Origin: Ilumatobacteraceae bacterium
GTDB taxonomy: Bacteria > Actinomycetota > Acidimicrobiia > Acidimicrobiales > Ilumatobacteraceae
Assembly: GCA_044348855.1 (NCBI GenBank)
Contig: JBIKSB010000001.1
Coordinates: 1-28,022 of the forward strand
Length of the DNA: 28,022 nt
Direction of reading: 5' to 3'
Made by a program: the position numbers and the translations under genes. Below, piece after piece: positions 17,033 to 25,200 of the stretch. A model generated the notes under the pieces. It did no database searches, had not been told where the DNA came from, and saw nothing but the letters and a program-made list of their open reading frames with translations. How positions within the stretch are numbered: the first letter of the stretch is position 1; each line of letters begins with the position of its first letter.

Positions 17033-17833
17033 TTGTTTGTGTTGACATCATTTAAGAAGCAAAGCGCAACCATTGGTGTTGTGCTGTGTGCACTGTTGTT
17101 TTTGTCGTCCTGTCGTGTCGACCAAACAATTTCACTTGAAGTCAACCGCAATGGAACAGGCAAGGTCATCGTGACCGCAGTTGCGAACAAGGCAATCTTG
17201 GATGCAGCACCTGAATTGGCTGCCGACATCCGCACCGATGATCTTGTGACTGCGGGATGGAAAGTGGATGGCCCTACCCCCACCGAAGATGGTGGCCTAC
17301 GCCTTGAGATAAGTCGCAGTTTTAAGGACGCAGCCGAAGCCACGGTCATATTGGGCCAAGTCAACGGTCCTCGTGGGCCACTTCAAGAAGCCGTGTTAAC
17401 CCGCAGTGGCAAGGACACCAACAGTGTGTGGACACTTGCGGGCCGTCTCGAAGTCAACGGAGGGCTACAGGCCTTTGTGGACGATGCTGCCTTTGAGTTA
17501 TTGGGCGCAGCCCCCTATGCCGCAGAAATTGAAGAAGCTGGCCTTGACCTTGGCGCAGCCGTTGGGCTCAACTTCACTGTGTCCCTCCCCGGAAATGTGG
17601 AATCCACCACCGGTGTGCAAAACGACGGCACGATCTCGTGGCTCGTTCCAATGGATGGCTCTCGCGTCGACATTGCCACCTCATCTACCAATGTGGATGT
17701 TGTCTCAAGTGTTGCTGGCGTAGGTCGTGTGTTGTTGCTGGCCCTATTGGTTCTGTGGATTGTGGGCATGGCTATCTTGCTACTGCTGGTGCTCAATGCG
17801 AAGCAGCGACGCACTCGCACACCCCGCATCTAA
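17033..17833 (+). CDS. Putative lipoprotein with C-terminal transmembrane helix (LppM-like layout)
   Basis: Lipobox LFLSSC, beta-rich body (FTVSLPGNVESTTG...ISWLVPMDG), C-terminal hydrophobic helix plus KQRRTR; 3 nt after clpC and 9 nt before radA. Confidence 0.65.
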   Translation: MFVLTSFKKQSATIGVVLCALLFLSSCRVDQTISLEVNRNGTGKVIVTAVANKAILDAAPELAADIRTDDLVTAGWKVDGPTPTEDGGLRLEISRSFKDAAEATVILGQVNGPRGPLQEAVLTRSGKDTNSVWTLAGRLEVNGGLQAFVDDAAFELLGAAPYAAEIEEAGLDLGAAVGLNFTVSLPGNVESTTGVQNDGTISWLVPMDGSRVDIATSSTNVDVVSSVAGVGRVLLLALLVLWIVGMAILLLLVLNAKQRRTRTPRI

Positions 17834-17842
17834 GGTGACGTT

Positions 17843-19237
17843 GTGGCAAAACTACGACTCGTCCATCGCTGTACTGAATGTGCCGCTTCATTTCCCAAGT
17901 GGTCCGGAAAATGTCTTGCCTGCGGTGCGTGGAACTCTCTTGTAGAAGATGTCGAAGGCCCCGAAGAATCTCTCGTCACATTGGCTGCAGGTCTTGCATT
18001 GGTTCCCCCAGGAACAGCAACTCCCATTGCAGATGTCAACTCACATGAAAGTGATCCCATCTCTACTGGTCTGGGCGAACTAGATCGTGTGCTCGGTGGG
18101 GGTTTAGTTCCAGGTTCAGTCACTTTGTTGGGTGGCGAGCCAGGTATTGGCAAAAGCACCGTGTTACTACAACTGCTTGCTCACACAACAGGTGCCACGT
18201 TGTATGTCACCGCCGAAGAAAGTGCTCAACAAGTACGTCTGCGCGCAGATCGTCTCGGTGCACTGCGTCCAGATCTCTGGCTTTTACCCGAGATGTCATT
18301 GCCCAACATCATTTCGTCTATCGACACCATCTCGCCATCGTTGGTGGTGATTGATTCCATTCAAACCGTGGTGGACCCCGAACTGGGGTCATCACCAGGT
18401 TCGGTTGTGCAAGTGCGTGGATGTGCACATCGACTTGTACAAGAAGCCAAACGACGCAACATCAGCATTGTGATTGTCGGTCATGTCACCAAAGAAGGTG
18501 GCCTTGCAGGTCCGCGTGTTCTTGAACATGTGGTTGACACTGTGTTGTCTTTCGAAGGCGAACGACACCATGCATTGCGATTGCTACGTGCAGTGAAACA
18601 CCGTTTTGGTCCCACTAATGAGTTAGGTCTTTTTGAAATGACCGAACAAGGTCTGGTGGGTATTCCCGATGCAAGTCAACTCTTCCTTACCGATCGCCGC
18701 ACAGGAGTTCCTGGCTCAGTAGTAGTCCCCACTATCGAAGGCCAAAGACCAGTTCTCGTAGAACTACAGACACTCACCAATCAAGTCAACAGTGGTGTTC
18801 CAGCGCGACGCAGTGCACAAGGAATAGACCAGGGTCGTCTTTCTATGTTGCTAGCAGTATTAGAACGTCGTGCGCGTATCAGCCTTGTGGGCCAAGAGGT
18901 GTATGCATCAGTTGTAGGTGGAGTCAAACTTGGTGAACCCGCCGCAGATTTGGGTTTATGCCTTGCACTTGTCTCTGCCACATCAAATGTGCCACTTCCT
19001 GCAGATCTTGTTGTTGTAGGAGAAGTGGGGCTCGCCGGCGAGGTGCGACAAGTGGGTCATCTTGGTCGACGACTTACCGAGGCTGCGCGACTTGGTTTTG
19101 CCCAAGCCATCGTTCCTGCAAGTGCACCACAAGATATTGCTAAGGGAATTAGTGGTATCACCGTGAAGCGGGCCAGCACATTAAATGAGGCACTTGCTCT
19201 TGCTGGTCTTGTGGGCCATGCACCAGTGGGCAACTAG
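17843..19237 (+). CDS. radA: DNA repair protein RadA/Sms
   Basis: C4 zinc finger CTEC...KCLAC, Walker A GGEPGIGKST, VIDSIQT, GHVTKEG...AGPRVLEHVVD, KHRFG motif, Lon-like C-terminus GEVGLAGEVR. Confidence 0.96.
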   Translation: MAKLRLVHRCTECAASFPKWSGKCLACGAWNSLVEDVEGPEESLVTLAAGLALVPPGTATPIADVNSHESDPISTGLGELDRVLGGGLVPGSVTLLGGEPGIGKSTVLLQLLAHTTGATLYVTAEESAQQVRLRADRLGALRPDLWLLPEMSLPNIISSIDTISPSLVVIDSIQTVVDPELGSSPGSVVQVRGCAHRLVQEAKRRNISIVIVGHVTKEGGLAGPRVLEHVVDTVLSFEGERHHALRLLRAVKHRFGPTNELGLFEMTEQGLVGIPDASQLFLTDRRTGVPGSVVVPTIEGQRPVLVELQTLTNQVNSGVPARRSAQGIDQGRLSMLLAVLERRARISLVGQEVYASVVGGVKLGEPAADLGLCLALVSATSNVPLPADLVVVGEVGLAGEVRQVGHLGRRLTEAARLGFAQAIVPASAPQDIAKGISGITVKRASTLNEALALAGLVGHAPVGN

Positions 19238-19251
19238 TTGCAGTCACCAAC

Positions 19252-19263
19252 TACACTGAACCA
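19252..19263 (+). promoter_or_regulatory. Leaderless-type -10 element for tetR
   Basis: TACACT (19252-19257), 6 nt, ATG 19264; no SD. Confidence 0.5.
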
Positions 19264-19908
19264 ATGCCTCGAGAGTCTGCAAAACGCGTAGTGGAAGTAG
19301 ACGGTCGTCGTCGTCGTCCATGGGCACTGGCTTCTCAAGAAAACCTTTTGAATGCCGCAATTGAAGAGATCGCATCTGTGGGATTCGAGCGAGCTCGGTT
19401 GATAGACATTGCAAAAAGGGCCGGAATGACGGCGGGTTCTGTCTACACCTGGTTTGAGAACAAAGAGGAACTTTTTCAGGCAGCCCTACAACATGCACTG
19501 ACGGAGCAGTTGAAAAAGAATGCGGACGCACTGAGTAACGCCGACATCGAGAATTCTTTTCTTCTACAAATTGCGCAATTGGTTCCCCGCAACCACACCG
19601 ACGATCGCCCCACAGACGCTCAGCAACTTCTTATCGAGTGTTACTACGCATCTTGGCGTGACCCACGTGCACGCGAAAGGCTCATGTCAGGAATTGAATC
19701 GCAATTGCAGATGTATGTCTCCATTTTTGAAGATGGTCAACAACAAGGAATTGTTACCAAAGAAGTGAGCGCTACGGTTCTAGGCACATTTCTTCTCTCC
19801 ATCCACACGGGCTTGGCAATGTTGAGTCTGGCGGGGATTCCTCGCATTAGCGACAAGGAATGGGTCTCTATGTATGCACTTCTTGCCGACTCTTTTGGTG
19901 CCAAGTAA
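19264..19908 (+). CDS. TetR/AcrR-family transcriptional regulator
   Basis: LLNAAIEEIASVGFERARLIDIAKRAGMTAGSVYTWFENKEELF (TetR HTH). Confidence 0.9.
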   Translation: MPRESAKRVVEVDGRRRRPWALASQENLLNAAIEEIASVGFERARLIDIAKRAGMTAGSVYTWFENKEELFQAALQHALTEQLKKNADALSNADIENSFLLQIAQLVPRNHTDDRPTDAQQLLIECYYASWRDPRARERLMSGIESQLQMYVSIFEDGQQQGIVTKEVSATVLGTFLLSIHTGLAMLSLAGIPRISDKEWVSMYALLADSFGAK

Positions 19909-19956
19909 CAAATACATTCCATACCATCACAGACTGTGGCAAATGGGTATCGCGCC

Positions 19957-19968
19957 TACGCTTATGTC
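19957..19968 (+). promoter_or_regulatory. Leaderless-type -10 element for yceI-like gene
   Basis: TACGCT (19957-19962), 6 nt, ATG 19969. Confidence 0.5.
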
Positions 19969-20670
19969 ATGAAGAAATCCTTGCGATACGCAATAGTCGC
20001 ACTCGTAGTTGTGGGACTTGGACTTGTGGCAGGACCGTGGGCATATATCAATCTCATCAAAGATGATGCTCCTGCGGCTCTCACCATTGACGACGACAGC
20101 GATGCAACAATTCCTTCTGGATCTCTTGATGAAGAAGACATCACAATCCACAATGGGCAATGGTTTGTTGCTTCTGGAAGTGAATCAGTTGTGGGCTATC
20201 GCGTGAAAGAAATTCTCTTTGGTCAAAGCACCGAAGGTGTGGGGCGCACACGTGAAGTTGAGGGCAATCTCACCATTGCGAATAACCAAGTCACCAACGT
20301 TGCTTTTACTGTCCAAATGGGAACGCTTACCAGTGATGCCGCTAATCGAGACCGTCAATTCAACGGCCGCATCATGGACACCTCTACATATCCCACAGCT
20401 GCATTTACGCTCACCCAACCCATTGCCTTACCAGCCAATGCCATTTCGGGAGAAATCATCAACGTAACTGCACAAGGTGATCTCACACTTCGTGGCACAA
20501 CCAGAACAGTTCAATTTCCGCTACAAGCACAGGTTGAAGGTGCAACATTTACTGTTGTGGGCAACATCACCATTGTGTTCGATGAATGGGGAATTCCAGA
20601 ACCCAGCCTTCCAGGTATCAACGTAGAACCCGATGGACTCCTCGAGTTCTCCCTCGTCTTTGGACGTTGA
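19969..20670 (+). CDS. YceI-family (lipid/polyisoprenoid-binding) protein with N-terminal membrane anchor
   Basis: N-terminal hydrophobic helix; SVVGYRVKE, TSDAANRD, YPTAAF, GDLTLRGTTRTV, EWGI. Start ATG 19969 (MKKSLRYAIV). Confidence 0.85.
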   Translation: MKKSLRYAIVALVVVGLGLVAGPWAYINLIKDDAPAALTIDDDSDATIPSGSLDEEDITIHNGQWFVASGSESVVGYRVKEILFGQSTEGVGRTREVEGNLTIANNQVTNVAFTVQMGTLTSDAANRDRQFNGRIMDTSTYPTAAFTLTQPIALPANAISGEIINVTAQGDLTLRGTTRTVQFPLQAQVEGATFTVVGNITIVFDEWGIPEPSLPGINVEPDGLLEFSLVFGR

Positions 20671-20686
20671 GTCAACAGTATGAGGA

Positions 20687-22204
20687 TTAAGGGACCAAGA
20701 ATATTTCTGCGCGACGGTTCACAGATTGCTTTTCCTCGCTCCTGGATTTTGTAAGAGGACTAGACCCACCAAAACTCCAGATTGCAATGGTCTGACGAGC
20801 ACCACGACCACGCAACAAACTACGCACCGATGTCGCACGACGCTGCGAGAGCGACACCATATTTGAGTTCTCTCCCGACAGATTGCCTGTATGGCCAGTG
20901 ACCAAAATTGAACTGGCCCGTCGTGCTTCTGGCATCAATGCATCAATATCTCGCAGGGATGCAGCAGTAGGAGTCACTCTTCCATTTGCAAAATAAATAA
21001 CTGTGGGTTTTGCCACTGCCACCACGCCCTCGGACGGCACCACTTCACCGGTCACAACGCGAGTGGTGACTGTGCGCACGATGCGGCCATTGCGTCGTGT
21101 GACGATTTGAGCGCGACAACGACCTTTTTTAATAAACACGATGCTTCTATCAGAGCCCAAACACACAGTGGGCGTTAGCGAATTGATGTAGTAGGTGCGA
21201 TTTTGTGCAGAGGTCATCAGGCTGAGTGCAGACATTTCTACTCTGCTCGATCCCATTGAGGTAAAGACAGGCCCTGTCTCCACTGATTCGGTGGGCGCAC
21301 TATTGGCTTGACCTCTAAATGAACTCCACGGCGTAGTGGTAGTTGTAGTTGTCGTGGTGGTGCTCATTGCTTTGGCTGCAGCCATTGCTGCTGCTCCCCC
21401 AGGTGGAACCACTCCAGGAACTCCAGGCCCTGTGAAGTACACACCATAAAAACGACCTGCAATCAATTGGGGATCACCAAACGTCATAGTCGTCATGGCA
21501 AAGTCAGAACCTTTGAAGGTCTTGTTACTCCAAGTACTAGAAGTAGGACACCTCGACAAGTTCACCATAGAAGTCCCCAATGGCGATGTGCTCACAATGG
21601 TGTTGCCATCACCAGACATTTCATAGAGAAGTGCATACAACTCGAAACGTGGTGTTCCACTTGGTGCAAGACATGCCATGGACATACGGAACTGAGTGAG
21701 AGCACCATTTGTTCCTGCAAGAAATACCTGGCCAAAACCACTTGCGTTGAAGCAATCAAACAATGTGAGTGGCGATTTACCAAAATCACCGCTTGTGGCC
21801 GCCGGTGAACTACAGCCAGTTGAGCCCACTGGCTTCCCACCTGCATACGCAGTGGGGTTTGCCCATCGGATATAGCGCGCAGCAGGTGTCGTTGCAGCCT
21901 GTGCAGCACCGTTAATGCGGTAATCGAACACAAAGTTACATGTCTTGGTGGATGCCGACATTGAACTTCCCGAGCAGTTGTTTGCTGTGATGCCGTCTGT
22001 CTCTAAAAACGATGCGGAGTGGCCCGCAGGGTTACGAGGTTCATCCCATGAGAAGTTGAATGCAATGTTGGCTCCACCTGGCCCTGCTTCGGTTGCCGAG
22101 ACGGGTGATTCCCAAGACGGGATGACCGCTCCTGAAACTGCACACGCCGTCGCCAAGACAACGCCACGCTTCCACATATTCATTTTCTTCTTCATCATCG
22201 TCAT
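20687..22204 (-). CDS. Secreted surface protein: signal peptide, Cys-rich passenger, Thr-rich linker, Cys-pair module, C-terminal OmpA-like domain
   Basis: Signal ...KRGVVLATACAVSGAVIPSWESPVSA; C-terminus IYFANG...LVTGHTG...LSQRRATSVRSLL...SFGGSSP...NRRAEI. Exact start among several Mets is uncertain. Confidence 0.8.
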   Translation of the reverse strand: MTMMKKKMNMWKRGVVLATACAVSGAVIPSWESPVSATEAGPGGANIAFNFSWDEPRNPAGHSASFLETDGITANNCSGSSMSASTKTCNFVFDYRINGAAQAATTPAARYIRWANPTAYAGGKPVGSTGCSSPAATSGDFGKSPLTLFDCFNASGFGQVFLAGTNGALTQFRMSMACLAPSGTPRFELYALLYEMSGDGNTIVSTSPLGTSMVNLSRCPTSSTWSNKTFKGSDFAMTTMTFGDPQLIAGRFYGVYFTGPGVPGVVPPGGAAAMAAAKAMSTTTTTTTTTTPWSSFRGQANSAPTESVETGPVFTSMGSSRVEMSALSLMTSAQNRTYYINSLTPTVCLGSDRSIVFIKKGRCRAQIVTRRNGRIVRTVTTRVVTGEVVPSEGVVAVAKPTVIYFANGRVTPTAASLRDIDALMPEARRASSILVTGHTGNLSGENSNMVSLSQRRATSVRSLLRGRGARQTIAIWSFGGSSPLTKSRSEEKQSVNRRAEIFLVP

Positions 22205-22249
22205 CTCTCGTTCTGCAGTCTGTCTATCTTTACAAATCTTTTTGCCACA

Positions 22250-25200
22250 TCACCCATAGAAGGGTTCGGTGCTAATGGCCACTCGCCTCTCGCGAGCTGT
22301 ATTCCATGGACTTCTCACACCTGCGTGGCCCTGATAGGTCACCCATTGGCGCACGCCCAACGTTGTCAAATATTTTGCCACCACTTCAGCGCGTTTTTGC
22401 GCCAGGGATTCAAGGCGCCACGCACTAGCAATCTCGCCATTTTGTGCAAATCCCGTGACGTAGACCAGTCCACCTTGGCGTATCACGGCACGCGCCGCCT
22501 GCCGCAGAGACGCCTTCATTGAATTGGTCAATGTGCTTGAACCACGGGCAAAGATCAAAGAACTTGGCACTTCAACGCCGCGAATCTGAGGATTGCCGTC
22601 GACCGCTGCCCAATCAAAGGTGTTGCCTTGGGTCACATTCACTCCACTTGGTCCACCTCGAGAAATACCGATGTCATTGGCGAACTGCACACTCACGCGC
22701 ACGTTACGTCGTGCATAAGGAACTGTGACCGCGGTTGTTGGGTTAGACGGATCAACTTTCACATTGATGCGTGCCAAAACTCTTCCGGTATTTGACGAGA
22801 CAGTGATGATTGCATGAGTGACGGGAATGGCTGCATCTTGTACTGCGCGCATTGCTGTGACTCGGGTAGATCTTCCACCTGCGACGCTTTGTGTAGATAC
22901 ACGAGCCGGCGCAGGAGGTAGAACCTGGGGTGCAGAGAGACGCAATACTGGTTGCTCTGCCGATGAAGTAGCAGTTTCAGCACGGAAGTCCATCCATGCT
23001 GTCACTGCAGTAATGATGGTGGCGGTGGTAGTGGGTTGTGTCACCACGTAGTTCACACCGTCAACACCTGTTACCGCTACTCCAGTAATTCGCACAGTCT
23101 TGTTAGATCCCACTTGTGCATCAATAAAGTTGCCCACAGCATTTGTTGTATCAATGGCTACAACGTCGTTGTTGAGTACTCCATTTATTGAAGCACTCGC
23201 CACCGAAATAGTTGCACTTGTGGTGCCATCAAAAATCTTGTCGGCTGCTGTAATTCCCGACACTGTGAGTGAACGTGGGGTAATTGATGCAGTAGCTGTT
23301 GGCTGTCGTAAGCGGTAGTTACTTGAGTCCACTCCTGACAGTTCAAAACCAGCCAAAGTCACAGCCTTATTCGCACCCACATTCTTGTTGGCAAATGATG
23401 CAATCACTGCTCCCGTGACAACGGAAACGTCGTCTCCCTGCACAGTGTTCGTCAACGAAGAACCTGCGGTATTCACTAGTGCTGTCGCAGCATTTGTTCC
23501 GTTGTATTCGCGTGATGCAACGGTAAAACCAGTCACCGAGACTTCTCGTCGCACGATGTTTGCCGTCATCGAGGGCTGCTGAAGTACATAGTTGTCAGAT
23601 TGAATTCCTGTAAGCGCAAGACCAGTCACTGTCACCGGCTTGTTTGTGTCCACGACAGGTGTTGCGAATTCAGCCCGTAAAGCGTTCGGAGAAATTTCCA
23701 CTACATCGGGACTGACAACACCCACAAGAGTTGCTTGGGTCATGTCAATAACTGGCGACGCATCAATTGATCCGTCATATATATGATCCTGGGCCGTCAT
23801 ACCACTGACCGAAAGGGACTTACGTGTAATTGAACCGGTTGTTGTGATCGGAGTGAGTGCGTAATTCGCTGCCTTGGGTCCAGCAATCGTCACACCAGTC
23901 ACTGTGATTAGCTTGTCCTGGCCTGCGGCACCAGTGGCAAAAGCTCCATCAAAACTGCCTGTGAGCAACGACACTCCATCTCCCGTCACTACACCGTTCA
24001 ACTGCGCGCCAGCGACACTCAAGATCGATCTTGCATTCAAGTACAAGAGCCCGTTGTACTCGCGCGAGTTTGTAGTAACAATGCCAGTGACCGTCAAAGG
24101 TTGCACAAGAATTGATGATCGCACCGTAAAGTCCGGTACCCAGTAATTCTGACCGTCAGCACCACCGGCCGTGATTCCGGTAATGGTCACTGACTTGTCG
24201 TTGCCGACGAGTGCATCATTGAATCGCCCATGCACACTTGTTGCAACGAGGGTGACAACATCGTTGGCAACTACACCAGAAAAACTTGCTCCTACAGTTT
24301 CCACCACGGCGATGTCATTTCCGTTGTAGCGCCGTGGCGCAACAGTGACTCCCACTGGCTCCAAAGGTGCCTTAGTGATTGATCCCACCACATCAAGAGG
24401 TGCTGCCAACGTGTATCGGTGTGCATGGATACCAGACAACGACAATCCGTCGATGGTGACTGGCTTATTCACATCAACCGTCTTCGTTGCAAAAGAACCG
24501 GTTGCACCCCCCCAGACAAGCGCAACACTATCTGCTCCCACAACCCCACTGAATTGGGCCGAATTGAATCGGAGTTGCGATGTTGCATTGCGTGACCCGT
24601 CATATTCACGACTCACCGTTGTCACACCCGACAAAGTCAACATCTTTTGCGACACGGTAAAGCTACGCACCATACTTGAGCCACTAGCTGCAGTTGCAGA
24701 CAGATAATTAATGTTTCCGGCTTGTTCTGCAACAAGAGTGCACGTACCCACACTGACGAGACGAATCGTCAATGGTGTTGGCACATCACACACGCTGGTA
24801 TCCAAAGATGACACAGAAACCGCGAGACCAGATGTTGCCGTTGGTGACACTGCAAATGAATCATCACCATAGGTTTTGGTGGTGATAGATGCAAAGGCCA
24901 ATTGTTGGGTGGACTTCGCAATTGTGATCTTGATTGTCTGGCTTGTTTTGCTAACAAAGTTCAGGTCTGCTGCACGAGTGACTGCAACCGTGCATTCACC
25001 TGCAGTGAGAGCGGTCACGGTGGTTCCGGAAATGGCACACACCGTGTTACCCGTGACGACGGCGTATGTAACCGCTCCGGTTCCACTTCCCGCAGAACCT
25101 GCAGGCATGGACAAAGTGGTAGTCGCCTGTGATGGAGCAGGACTGAAGATGAGACCAGAGGTAGCCGCCGACACAGCAAGAGCTTCTTGTTGAGCTTGGG

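Noticed and set aside
14694-17364. Long alternative-frame and antisense ORFs over clpC (e.g. 14768-15502, 16151-17032)
   Set aside because: No motifs; antisense open frames are expected opposite a codon-biased conserved gene. The same applies to the other short overlapping ORFs in the track.
21330-21365. Poly-Thr run as a phase-variable simple sequence repeat
   Set aside because: Thr codons are mixed (ACC, ACG, ACA, ACT), so there is no perfect DNA repeat for slippage.
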